In this document: positions 50,346 to 59,335 of the stretch, in pieces | Layout: every line of letters begins with the position of its first letter | How positions within the stretch are numbered: position 1 is the stretch's first letter | Source: Alphaproteobacteria bacterium | Lineage (GTDB): Bacteria > Pseudomonadota > Alphaproteobacteria > UBA7887 | Assembly: GCA_965216755.1 (NCBI GenBank) | Contig: CBDCGL010000011.1 | Span: 4,320,001 to 4,384,000 of the forward strand | Direction of reading: 5' to 3' | Length of the DNA stretch: 64,000 bases | Program-made: the position numbers and the translations under genes | The notes under the pieces: model-generated | Seen by the model: the letters and a program-made list of their open reading frames with translations, nothing else | Told to the model about the DNA's origin: nothing | The model's database searches: none

Positions 50346-50981
50346 CTAGGCTTGTGCCGCCGCGGCACGATAGCCGCGGGCATTGGCGACGAATGCATCG
50401 CGCGCCCCGTCGCGGATCAATTCTTCATTGATCAAGTTGCCGCCAACGCCGACGAGGGCCGCGCCGGCCTGCAGATAGGCGTCAATGTCATCGCGGCCAA
50501 TACCACCTGTCGGCACCAACGGCACCGACGGAAACACCGCTTTGAGCGCGTGGATATGCGCCGGGCCGCCGGCGCTGGACGCGGGAAAAATCTTCACCGC
50601 ATCGGCGCCCGCGGTGGCGGCATTGTGAACTTCGGTCGGTGTATAGGCTCCCAACAAGCACGGGATCCGCGCCTCATGACAGAGTCCGACAAGGCTCGGC
50701 GCGGTGACCGGAGATACAATAAACCGCGCATTGGCCTGCAGACAGCGTTCAGCGTCGGCCTCGGACATCACCGAGCCAGCCCCGATAATGATACCCTGGT
50801 CATCGCGATATGAGTCGATGAGCGCGATGGCATCAGGGATCGTCAGCGTGATTTCGGCAGTATTGAATCCGGCCAGGTGTAGCCAGTCGACGGCGGTGCG
50901 CGCGCTTGCCGCTGTGGTTGTGCGAATGACCGGGATCACGCGCTGGCTGCCGAAAATGTGTAATTGCCTGTGGCCGATCAT
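50346..50981 (-). CDS. eda: KDPG/KHG aldolase
   Basis: VIPVIR, EITLT, GAGSV, FIVSP, TPTEV, VKIFPA, PTGGI. Confidence 0.88.
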   Translation of the reverse strand: MIGHRQLHIFGSQRVIPVIRTTTAASARTAVDWLHLAGFNTAEITLTIPDAIALIDSYRDDQGIIIGAGSVMSEADAERCLQANARFIVSPVTAPSLVGLCHEARIPCLLGAYTPTEVHNAATAGADAVKIFPASSAGGPAHIHALKAVFPSVPLVPTGGIGRDDIDAYLQAGAALVGVGGNLINEELIRDGARDAFVANARGYRAAAAQA

Positions 50982-51059
50982 GACAATCGCAAAGATAACC
51001 GAAAATGCCCCCATTGGTTAGGCGTTGGTTGGTGCTGCGGCGGCCCTTGGACGGGTTGT

Positions 51060-51092
51060 TTAAGGGTTTTTTCACGCTAACCGACTATTAAC
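51060..51092. promoter_or_regulatory. Two tandem CtrA-like boxes
   Basis: TTAA-GGGTTTT-TTCAC and CTAA-CCGACTA-TTAAC in the eda/alg8 divergent region. Confidence 0.5.
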
Positions 51093-51163
51093 AAGATGTT
51101 TCGACCGGCGCGTCACGAGTGCGGTGACGGGGCCGGTTGTTCCTTGTTTGAGCCTGCCCAAAG

Positions 51164-53845
51164 ATGGTGCCTGCAGCCCACGCAACGACGTTGACCGCCA
51201 ATGCGCCGCAGCCAACGACCGCGCCGGCCATGGCGTGCTGGCTCGGCACGATGGCTTATGTCGCCGTCCTTGTCGCGCTGCTGATGGTGCTGCCAGCCTC
51301 GGTGCTCAATGCGGAAAGTGCGCAATTCCTGCTCATTATCGGTTGGATTGGCACCTGGCGTTATAGCTGGGCAACAATTCACGCGGGACGGGCGTTGATC
51401 TATGCGTTCATCCGGTTTCCGCGTTTGCGTGCCGCGGCCGATCGGTTGGGCCCGCGTGGTTTGCCGTCCCATCTTTTCGTGCTGATCACCTCTTATCGTA
51501 TTGATGCCGAGACCAACGCTGCCGTCTACGCGAGTTTGATCGACGATGTTTCTGAATGCGCTATTCGCACGATAATCGTTGCTGCTGTAAGCGATGAAGC
51601 CGACGAACGTCAGTTGCAAGCTCTGTTTTGCCGTCTTGCACCACCGCCGGGGGTTGAACTGGTCATAATGCGCCAAGATGGGACCGGTAAACGGACCGCG
51701 ATGAGCGAGGGTTTGCGTGCCATTTCGCGGCGCATCCCGCCCGCTGACAGTCTGGTCTTGTTCATGGACGGGGACGTGCGCTTGCCGCGGGGCACGCTGA
51801 GACGGACAATGCCGTTCTTCGCTTTGATGCCCCGCCTCGGTGGTGTGACGACAGACAATCGCGGCATCACGACGGGAAGCAATTGGGTCAAGGAATGGTA
51901 TGACATGCGCTTCGCGCAGCGCCATGTTCTGATGTGCTCGTTGAGCTTGTCGTGGAGGGTGCTGGTCTTGACCGGGCGTTTCAGCATGTTTCGCGCCGAC
52001 ATCGCCACCGACGCCGGATTCATCAAGGCGGTCGAGGAAGACCACATCGCCCATTGGCGCTTTGGCCATCTAAAGTTTCTGACCGGCGACGACAAATCGA
52101 CCTGGTATTGGGTGCTGAAGAACCGGTGGGACATGTTGTATCTGCCGGACGTTCAAGTTCACAGCTTCGAAGTTCTGCCATCGCCATCGCTGATCAAAAG
52201 TTCAATTCAGCTGATGGTGCGATGGTTCGGCAACATGATGCGCAATAACGGCCGGGCAATCGCCTTGGGGCCACGCGTCACGGGCGGATTCATTTGGTGG
52301 TCGTTGGTTGATCAACGCTTGTCGATGTGGACAAGCTTAACCGGGCCGGTGGCAACGGCATTTGCGGCAATGGTTGTCAGCCCGGTGTTGATTATCGTGT
52401 ATCTGACCTGGGTGATGATCACACGCTTTTTGCAAGCCGCGATCGCCGGCGGTGTGCGGCGACGTTTCAGTCCATATATGCCGTTTCTTCTGTACTACAC
52501 GCAAGTCGTTGGATCGTTTGTAAAGATCTATGTGAGCTTTCGGCTCAACCGGCAGCGTTGGACACGTCAAGGTATTGGGGGCAACAAACGTTTGACCCTG
52601 AAGCAACGCCTTCAGAATGGGGTCTCGCTTTATATTCATAGCTTATCGTTTGTGACCTTTTTGTTCCTGATGGCACTGGCATCAGGCGCGCTTTTTTTAC
52701 CAAGCGTCGGCGCGATCGATAGTGTTTTCGCCGGCCAAGATGGAACCGTGGCTGCGACCGATGATGCGCGATGGTTGCAGGCGGCCATCGATGCGGCGCC
52801 GCGCGGGGCCGTTGTGCGCATACCTGCCGGTGATTATCATTTGGGCGGACCTATCGTGATCGCGCGTGATGACATAACGCTTCAGGGAGCGGGCAGCAAA
52901 CAAACCCGACTTGTTGCGAGTTTTGCCGGCACCGACGATGCCTTAATTACGATCGCCGGGGAGCTACCGCGCGACGCGGCTGCGGGGCAATGTGCCGAGC
53001 TGTCTGTCGCGATCACAGCCGATCAGACGATGGTTCGGCTGAACCGAGGTTTTGGTTTGCAGCGTGGCGATTTCGTCTCGCTGCGTGCTGCCAACGATCC
53101 GTCATTTCTGCGCGAGTTGGGAGCCGAAGTTTGGCAGCGGCGATATCCACACCTTCGGCAAACACTCGCCCAAGTCAGTCACGCGGAGGGTGCGTCCGCG
53201 CGGCTCGTGGATCCGGTCGGGTTGGCACTGCCCGCGGGTGGTGAAGTATGCCGGCTAGATGTGGCGGAGAATGTGAGCTTACGCGGCTTCACATTGCGCT
53301 ATGACCTTGGTGTCGCCAGCGACGCGGCAGATTACAGCAACAGTCGCCCCGACCATCGGCTCGACGGTGTCGCGGTGCGCGGCGCCGCGGATGTGCGCCT
53401 GTCCGACATTGTCGTTGTGAATGCCGGCCGACATCCGATCCACTTGGACACTGTCGTCCGCTTGGTGGCCCAAGACCTCGCGGCGCACGGTGCGTACAAC
53501 AAAGGTAAAGGCGGTAACGGCTACGTCCGCTTGGCTCGGACCGTACGCTCGCAGTTCGATGGGCTGACCTTGCGCGGCTTGCGCCACCTCACCATTCAAT
53601 GGTCGAGCCACGGCAATCGCATCGTTGATTTGGATAGCGACAGCGATGTCAATTTCCATGGCGGTTACACACATGAGAATGTGGTTCACGCAACCCGTTT
53701 GTCACCGCGGGCCAATCATCCATGGGGCGCGGTGACGCGGACGCCGGCGGATGCCGTGTGGGCGCCGCCCGATGGACCGGGCAACAAAGTATTCGTCAAT
53801 GGCCGCGCAGTCACCGCGCCACCGCGCAAGCGCGAGGGCAATTGA
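51164..53845 (+). CDS. alg8: Alg8-type mannuronan synthase (GT2) fused to a C-terminal pectate-lyase-like beta-helix domain
   Basis: IGTWRYSW, QDGTGKR, FMDGD, RFAQRHVLMCS, VLVLTGRFS, FLTGDDKSTW, LMVRWFGNM, LVDQRLSMWT; then DDARWLQAAID...VRIPAGDY...ITLQGAG. Confidence 0.88.
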   Translation: MVPAAHATTLTANAPQPTTAPAMACWLGTMAYVAVLVALLMVLPASVLNAESAQFLLIIGWIGTWRYSWATIHAGRALIYAFIRFPRLRAAADRLGPRGLPSHLFVLITSYRIDAETNAAVYASLIDDVSECAIRTIIVAAVSDEADERQLQALFCRLAPPPGVELVIMRQDGTGKRTAMSEGLRAISRRIPPADSLVLFMDGDVRLPRGTLRRTMPFFALMPRLGGVTTDNRGITTGSNWVKEWYDMRFAQRHVLMCSLSLSWRVLVLTGRFSMFRADIATDAGFIKAVEEDHIAHWRFGHLKFLTGDDKSTWYWVLKNRWDMLYLPDVQVHSFEVLPSPSLIKSSIQLMVRWFGNMMRNNGRAIALGPRVTGGFIWWSLVDQRLSMWTSLTGPVATAFAAMVVSPVLIIVYLTWVMITRFLQAAIAGGVRRRFSPYMPFLLYYTQVVGSFVKIYVSFRLNRQRWTRQGIGGNKRLTLKQRLQNGVSLYIHSLSFVTFLFLMALASGALFLPSVGAIDSVFAGQDGTVAATDDARWLQAAIDAAPRGAVVRIPAGDYHLGGPIVIARDDITLQGAGSKQTRLVASFAGTDDALITIAGELPRDAAAGQCAELSVAITADQTMVRLNRGFGLQRGDFVSLRAANDPSFLRELGAEVWQRRYPHLRQTLAQVSHAEGASARLVDPVGLALPAGGEVCRLDVAENVSLRGFTLRYDLGVASDAADYSNSRPDHRLDGVAVRGAADVRLSDIVVVNAGRHPIHLDTVVRLVAQDLAAHGAYNKGKGGNGYVRLARTVRSQFDGLTLRGLRHLTIQWSSHGNRIVDLDSDSDVNFHGGYTHENVVHATRLSPRANHPWGAVTRTPADAVWAPPDGPGNKVFVNGRAVTAPPRKREGN

Positions 53846-53852
53846 TCGCGTT

Positions 53853-55478
53853 ATGCTTGACGAACAAGACAAACTCACCCCGGTCGCGGTTTCTGGCCCG
53901 GTCACCCGCGAAAGTCGCAGCGGTCGACGCCATATCCGTGCGCGTATGCCCGTCGATTTGGAACTCGACGGGGCCCGCTATCGCGCCAACGACATCTCCA
54001 TCGGTGGCTTTGGTATCGAAGGCATGACCACGGTTCGCCAAGTCGGCGAGTCCCTCACTGTGTCAGTGTTACTGCCGTTCCGTGACTACGACTTCAAAAT
54101 GACGCTGACCTGCGAGGTTGCCCATATAGATCGGCAGAAGGTTTATATCGGTTTTCGATTTGTCGACATTACGGAGACGCAAGTCGCGCTGTTGGGCTAT
54201 TTAATCCAGAGCTACCTGTCGGGCGAGCTGGTCACGGTCGAGAACTTGTTGAGCGTGCCGCAAATTTCCGGTGGCGCGCGTGCGGTTGGCAAGGTGGCGG
54301 GTGTCGACAAGCCGACCGCCCGGCAATTGGTGGGCCAAGGTGTTCGCTACGTGGTGCTTGGCGTTGCCGGATTGGTCGTGATGGGGGTGCTGGGACTATC
54401 TTTCTACGATCGATTTTTCACTGTTGATGCTGAGCTGGCTGCGTTGACCGCGCCGCGTATTGCGTTGCGGGCGCCGGCCGACGGTCGATTGGTTGTGGAT
54501 CCGTCACTGGTCGGACGAAATGTCGAAATCGGCACGCGATTGTTCGCCATTCGCGACCCAGATGTGGCGAGTCTGATTGCAGAAGCCGAGGCAGTGATCA
54601 CCAAGCAGCAAGCCAAACTGGTGGGCTTGCAGGTCCAACTACGCGAACGCCGAAACTTCTTTAAAGCGTACAGCAAACTGGCGGCGGCCCAATTGGCTGA
54701 GGCCGAGGCGACATTGCACCAGGCGCGGATTGGTTTTGAAACGGCTGAAAGGGAGTATTTTCGCACGCAAGAACTGCGCGAGGCCGGGCATGCGACAGTG
54801 CGGTCACTCGACGATTCCCTTAATCGGTACGCGCAAGCCAAGGCCGCCATGGAGCAGGCCGCCGCCGCGGTTGATCGCGCGCGCACAAACGAGGGCCTGG
54901 CGGACCAAGGCCAATACTATACAAACAAGCGTGGCGACGGCGGTGAGATTGGTGAGATCCGGCGGGAGATCCAAGCCGTCGAAGCTGAAATTGTGGCACA
55001 ACGCGAGCGTGTTGCGGCGCTGCAGGCGCGCGAGTCCGATCAAGTGGTGGTGAGCCCCTGTAACTGTTTGGTACAGCATGTGCGCAGCGTCGATGGCGAT
55101 TGGGTCGCACAAGGCGAAGATGTCACGATCTTGGCGGAGGCAGGCGATTCGCAAGTCCTCGTCAGCGCGCTGGTCGATATTGTTGTCGTCGATCGGCTGC
55201 GACTTTATCAACGCGCCCACATCGCCTTTGCGGATCGTGACCAGCCCATGCGTGGACGGATTGTTGCGATTAATCGCACAGCCTTGCCGGAAGACCGCTT
55301 GGGATTGCCTCCGGGTGCCGATGGGCGTGCGGGCGTCGCCACGATCTTGGTGATGCCGGACCAAGCAATTGACGGCTTGCCCATTGGTTTGCCCGCGCAG
55401 GTGACGTTTCCATTGTCTTGGCGGCAGGCAACGTTTCGCTGGTTAGGCGGCCTACCCGCAACCACTGACGACGGCTAG
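53853..55478 (+). CDS. alg44: Alg44-like co-polymerase (PilZ plus membrane-fusion domain)
   Basis: RRHIR and DISIGG PilZ motifs, YLSGELV, one TM helix, long helical hairpin, SPCNC. Confidence 0.85.
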   Translation: MLDEQDKLTPVAVSGPVTRESRSGRRHIRARMPVDLELDGARYRANDISIGGFGIEGMTTVRQVGESLTVSVLLPFRDYDFKMTLTCEVAHIDRQKVYIGFRFVDITETQVALLGYLIQSYLSGELVTVENLLSVPQISGGARAVGKVAGVDKPTARQLVGQGVRYVVLGVAGLVVMGVLGLSFYDRFFTVDAELAALTAPRIALRAPADGRLVVDPSLVGRNVEIGTRLFAIRDPDVASLIAEAEAVITKQQAKLVGLQVQLRERRNFFKAYSKLAAAQLAEAEATLHQARIGFETAEREYFRTQELREAGHATVRSLDDSLNRYAQAKAAMEQAAAAVDRARTNEGLADQGQYYTNKRGDGGEIGEIRREIQAVEAEIVAQRERVAALQARESDQVVVSPCNCLVQHVRSVDGDWVAQGEDVTILAEAGDSQVLVSALVDIVVVDRLRLYQRAHIAFADRDQPMRGRIVAINRTALPEDRLGLPPGADGRAGVATILVMPDQAIDGLPIGLPAQVTFPLSWRQATFRWLGGLPATTDDG

Positions 55479-55836
55479 CCGCCCAAACTCGATTTCCCCG
55501 GATCGCGGATGTACTCTGGCGCGGGTCAATGGATCATGCAATGTGGTCACAGCGCAGTCGGAGACATGCCGCGAAATGATTTGTCGAAGATGGTGGCCTG
55601 ACGGCGTAGCGGGGAGATGTTCCCGCATGTGGTTGGGGATATGGCTGTCGGTTTTGATATGCATCTTCTTGAGTGGTTGTGGTGTCTGTGTCGGCCGTGG
55701 CGGTAGTGCAAGCGCACCGTTCATTGCCTGCGGCCTGGGCATACGTGTCCAGGCGCCGGGTTCGGTCGGCGCTGAACTGGCTTGTCCCGCGCCGGTTCAC
55801 AACCCGTCTAGACGCCACTATCGCTAGGAGATTTGA

Positions 55837-56457
55837 ATGTCTCGTGAACGCGTATTGCTTGTTTACTCGGATTATAAGAGCCCCTATGCCTACCTTGCTA
55901 AGGACCTTGTCTACGACCTTCAAGACGAGCTTGGTTTTTCTGTAACCTGGCGCCCCTATACGTTGGATATAGCCGATTATCTCGGTGACGCGCGAGTTGA
56001 CGAGATGGGGGCCGTCATTGAAGAAAACCGCACAGATCATCAATGGCGCCGCGTGCGCTATTCATACATGGACGTGCGCCGTTACGCCAATCAAAGGGGG
56101 CTGATCGTCCGTGGGCCGAAAAAGATCTTTGACTCTTCATTGGCCGCGATCGGCATGCTGTATGCCCAGAACCAGGGTGTTTTTAGGCGCTATCACGATG
56201 CGGTGTTTGAACGGTTTTGGCGCCGCGAGTTGGACATCGAAAACCCTGAAGCGATTGCTGGGGTTTTGGCCGAATGCAGCGCGGACTCCAGGGATTTCTC
56301 GGCGTTTCTTTCTGGTTCCGGACGGGCCGCACATGATCATTATCGTGCCGAGGCCGAAGCGATAGGCGTGTTTGGGGTTCCAACGTTCGTCGTTGACGGC
56401 GAGTTGTTTTGGGGGCGTGAGCATCTACCCTTGATCCGCGAGAGGCTACAAGGCTAG
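55837..56457 (+). CDS. DsbA-family 2-hydroxychromene-2-carboxylate isomerase-like protein
   Basis: DYKSPYAYL, GVFGVPTFVVDGELFWG. Confidence 0.85.
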   Translation: MSRERVLLVYSDYKSPYAYLAKDLVYDLQDELGFSVTWRPYTLDIADYLGDARVDEMGAVIEENRTDHQWRRVRYSYMDVRRYANQRGLIVRGPKKIFDSSLAAIGMLYAQNQGVFRRYHDAVFERFWRRELDIENPEAIAGVLAECSADSRDFSAFLSGSGRAAHDHYRAEAEAIGVFGVPTFVVDGELFWGREHLPLIRERLQG

Positions 56458-56469
56458 GCGGTATCAGAT

Positions 56470-56955
56470 TTAGCGGTAACGATACTCTAAGAACATCAGG
56501 TTCGCTGGTGCCTTGGGTCCGTAGTTGCGATAGGCCGGAATCGAACTGAAGCCCAATTCATGATACAGCGCGATCGCGTCCGACATCACCGTGCTGACTG
56601 TATCCATGCGCATCGCTCGGTATTTTCGCCGGTGCCCTTCGGCAAGGATTTCCGTGATCAGGGCGCGACCCAGGGCCCGACCGCGCCAGGCCGGTTCCAC
56701 ATACAGCCGTTTCATCTCGCAATATCCCGGAGAGAGCGGACGCAGGCCGACCGTGCCGACCGGGCGGTCCGCGATGCGGGCGAGCAGGATGCAGCCATCC
56801 GGTTGCGCGTAGGGCCCAGGGAGTTTGGCAAGTTCGCCGGTGAAGTCTTGGAAGCCAAGATCGAGCCCAATGTTTCCGGCGTAGGCACGGAATAGGCGCC
56901 GCGCCGCGATCAAATCGGTATTGCAGATGGCCGGTGCGATGGTTGCCTTTTGCAT
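56470..56955 (-). CDS. GNAT family N-acetyltransferase
   Basis: FQDF..EL..LPGPY, CEMKRLYV, RGRALG, AIALY..LGF. Confidence 0.88.
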   Translation of the reverse strand: MQKATIAPAICNTDLIAARRLFRAYAGNIGLDLGFQDFTGELAKLPGPYAQPDGCILLARIADRPVGTVGLRPLSPGYCEMKRLYVEPAWRGRALGRALITEILAEGHRRKYRAMRMDTVSTVMSDAIALYHELGFSSIPAYRNYGPKAPANLMFLEYRYR

Positions 56956-57135
56956 AATGACCATGGTGAAGGTGACATTGCCGCCAAATAGTCGGCGTCA
57001 ACGAAAAACGGAACACGCCGCGTGCTCCATCTGTGGTGCGCGCGGCGTGTTGTGCCTGACAATCCGCTTAAGAAACCCGGGGTTGCGCCGAATATCCGGC
57101 GCGCTGCGTCAACTGTTTTGTGGAACGCGGCGGAC

Positions 57136-57576
57136 TCAGACGCTTTCTTTCAACTTCGCACTCGCTTTGAAGCGTATGCCCTTGGAGGCCTTGATCCGGA
57201 TGGGCTCACCCGTCCGCGGATTGCGACCCTTGCGTGCCGGTCGCCGTGTGACTTCAAAAGTGCCAAAGCCGACCAATTGAACTTTCTTATTCTTTTTGAG
57301 TGATGCCGTAATCGACGCGAACACGGCATCCATGGTTTCTTTCGCCGCCTTCGCTGTCGAGCCCGTGCCCTGTTGAACTAAAGCGACCAAGTGATTCTTA
57401 TCTGACGTGCCTTCCGGTGTCGGCGATGCCTTAACGGCAGTTGATGTCGCTGCTTTTTGCACCGTTCGTCTTGCTGGCGCTTTCTTCGCCGCGCTCTTTC
57501 GAGCCGGCGCTTTGCGCGATGTGGTTGTGCGTGCAGTGGAGCGCCGAGTGGTTTTGGCCGAAGGTTTCCGAGCCAT
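57136..57576 (-). CDS. HU family DNA-binding protein with Lys/Arg/Ala-rich N-terminal tail
   Basis: VQLVGFGTF, RKGRNPRTGE, FKAS..LK. Confidence 0.9.
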   Translation of the reverse strand: MARKPSAKTTRRSTARTTTSRKAPARKSAAKKAPARRTVQKAATSTAVKASPTPEGTSDKNHLVALVQQGTGSTAKAAKETMDAVFASITASLKKNKKVQLVGFGTFEVTRRPARKGRNPRTGEPIRIKASKGIRFKASAKLKESV

Positions 57577-57981
57577 TATTTGTTACCTCTTCCCAAGTTC
57601 TATATGTGCCGTACCGATTGTCGGGTGTTCAATTGCACCCTTGGAACTCGTGAGACGTTGCCTGCAATGATCGTCCCCCCGCGCACGTACATTATCGACA
57701 ACGCATGGCCGGTCAAGCCTGCCACGGTCCACTTATTACCATTTCATGTAGGAGATGCAAGCAAAGCACATGGAAACTGGGCCGGATTGTTGTTCTTTTC
57801 GATTTCGTAACGAATTCACAGGATGTTTTTGCCCTGGCGCCGACTGATTGTACGGCTCACGAAACAGCGAAAGCCTCAATTGCCGTGGCACCAAGCCGTG
57901 GCGCGTTGCGTTCAATCTTCACAAAGGACGTCAGAGGCGCAAGCCAGGCTTGCGCAGTTGGACCACAATGCGTGGGTATTG

Positions 57982-58542
57982 CTAGAACCTGTAACCATAA
58001 CGGACGCCGAGCGTATCGAGGCCCTCGTTGGGGCTTGCAAGGTAGGCGTTGGAAATGTGGTCGAACATAATCGAGAACCTGTGTTGATCGCCGGCCTGAA
58101 AACCAATCTCTATAGGAATGCGAAAGAGCAGGTGAGATCCCAGCTCCTTTTTGTCGGGATCGCGGGTTTCCGTTTCGCCATCGTGTACCGTGATACCAGC
58201 CCCAAACGCGAGAAAGAGCTGCGCAGGAAGGTCGACCTCGATAACAAATCCGCCATAGAGTTTGCTGGTATCGTCGCCATTGTTGATCGACACACCAAGA
58301 TTTGGCCGCAAGACGGCATAAGGCAGAAGCGCGCGGTTCCACCCAAAAACCACTTCGCCGTTGAAATCGAATCCACTCTCGCGCCGAAAACCGCTCCAAA
58401 GTCCGTCGACATCATGCGCCAAAACGCCGAACTTGGCTTCGTAAAACCAGTGGCCAGCGCCGCGCTCGGACTCAAAGGGTGCTGCGACGCACGGGAACGA
58501 AGTGAAACATATCGCGGCGGCGATCATCACCGATCGTAACAT
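57982..58542 (-). CDS. Lipid A 3-O-deacylase (PagL/acyloxyacyl hydrolase family)
   Basis: Signal peptide, LGS..LFR..E.G, HISNA.L..PNEGLD, C-terminal YGYRF. Confidence 0.82.
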   Translation of the reverse strand: MLRSVMIAAAICFTSFPCVAAPFESERGAGHWFYEAKFGVLAHDVDGLWSGFRRESGFDFNGEVVFGWNRALLPYAVLRPNLGVSINNGDDTSKLYGGFVIEVDLPAQLFLAFGAGITVHDGETETRDPDKKELGSHLLFRIPIEIGFQAGDQHRFSIMFDHISNAYLASPNEGLDTLGVRYGYRF

Positions 58543-58956
58543 TGCCGTGTCCTCAAATTGTCTATCTTGCAAAATCCTACCATACCGAACGATGGCCCCG
58601 ATGTCGGTCAAAAGCAAATGTTGATGTATGGTGACAGCTGGCCGACGCGAGTGGCGCGGGGGCGGCGTGGTCGCACCAGCGACAAGTCGATCTCGGCATC
58701 AGATATGTTTTGCGAATGATTAGTCATACACATAGGTATTTAAAACGGTTTGTCGCGTTTGACTGACAACGCCAGTAGAGCCCCGTGTGCTGCGAGTGCC
58801 GCCTTGGTACGCAGGTTCTTGGCTATGTACGCCGGTCGATGGGGTCGTCACGGCGACCGGTCTGTGGATGGTGGGGCGCCCATATCCGCGACCTGCCTCG
58901 GACCGCGCGCCCAAAATAGACACATTGGCAAGCTGTTGAATTTGGTGATGGTTGGG

Positions 58957-59075
58957 CAAAAGAGTGGGGAGGCCGACCTGAGCTCCGGCCTCCCCTGGCC
59001 TTCAAAAAGAAGGTCGCGAACACTGTGCAACCCCGGTCAACATCGGGGGCCTGTGGGGCGCACAACTCGCAGCGA
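58957..59075 (-). ncRNA. Candidate three-hairpin small RNA ending in an intrinsic terminator
   Basis: Successive stems, the last GGGGAGGCCG/CGGCCTCCCC followed by ACTCTTTT, in a long intergenic gap. Confidence 0.4.
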
Positions 59076-59335
59076 CATTCTTCATAAAGTGAACCCAATA
59101 AGGAAGCATAAAATTTGCCTAAAACTTCAATTAAATACGTGTGTTGCCGCGCGACGTGACGATGACGTCCGATATATGGGCCGAATCGCCCCAAAAATTC
59201 AGTGCAACCCGTGACGAAGGTCGTGGGTCGCGCCGATTTCTTGAACCGGGTTCGGGTTGCTGCTGACCCGTCTTCGTTTGTTGGCAGTGTGGGCCTAGCG
59301 ACCTGGCCGAGGCGACGGCGGTTGGTCCCAAGCAG

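Noticed and set aside
51113-52069. 318-aa minus-strand ORF
   Set aside because: Antisense shadow of alg8
52757-53845. Calling the fused domain AlgG
   Set aside because: No DPHD catalytic motif; only a generic beta-helix start is supported
55543-55827. Small Cys-rich ORF with an LSGC lipobox-like motif after alg44
   Set aside because: Could be a small lipoprotein, but the start is unclear and no family was recognised; insufficient support
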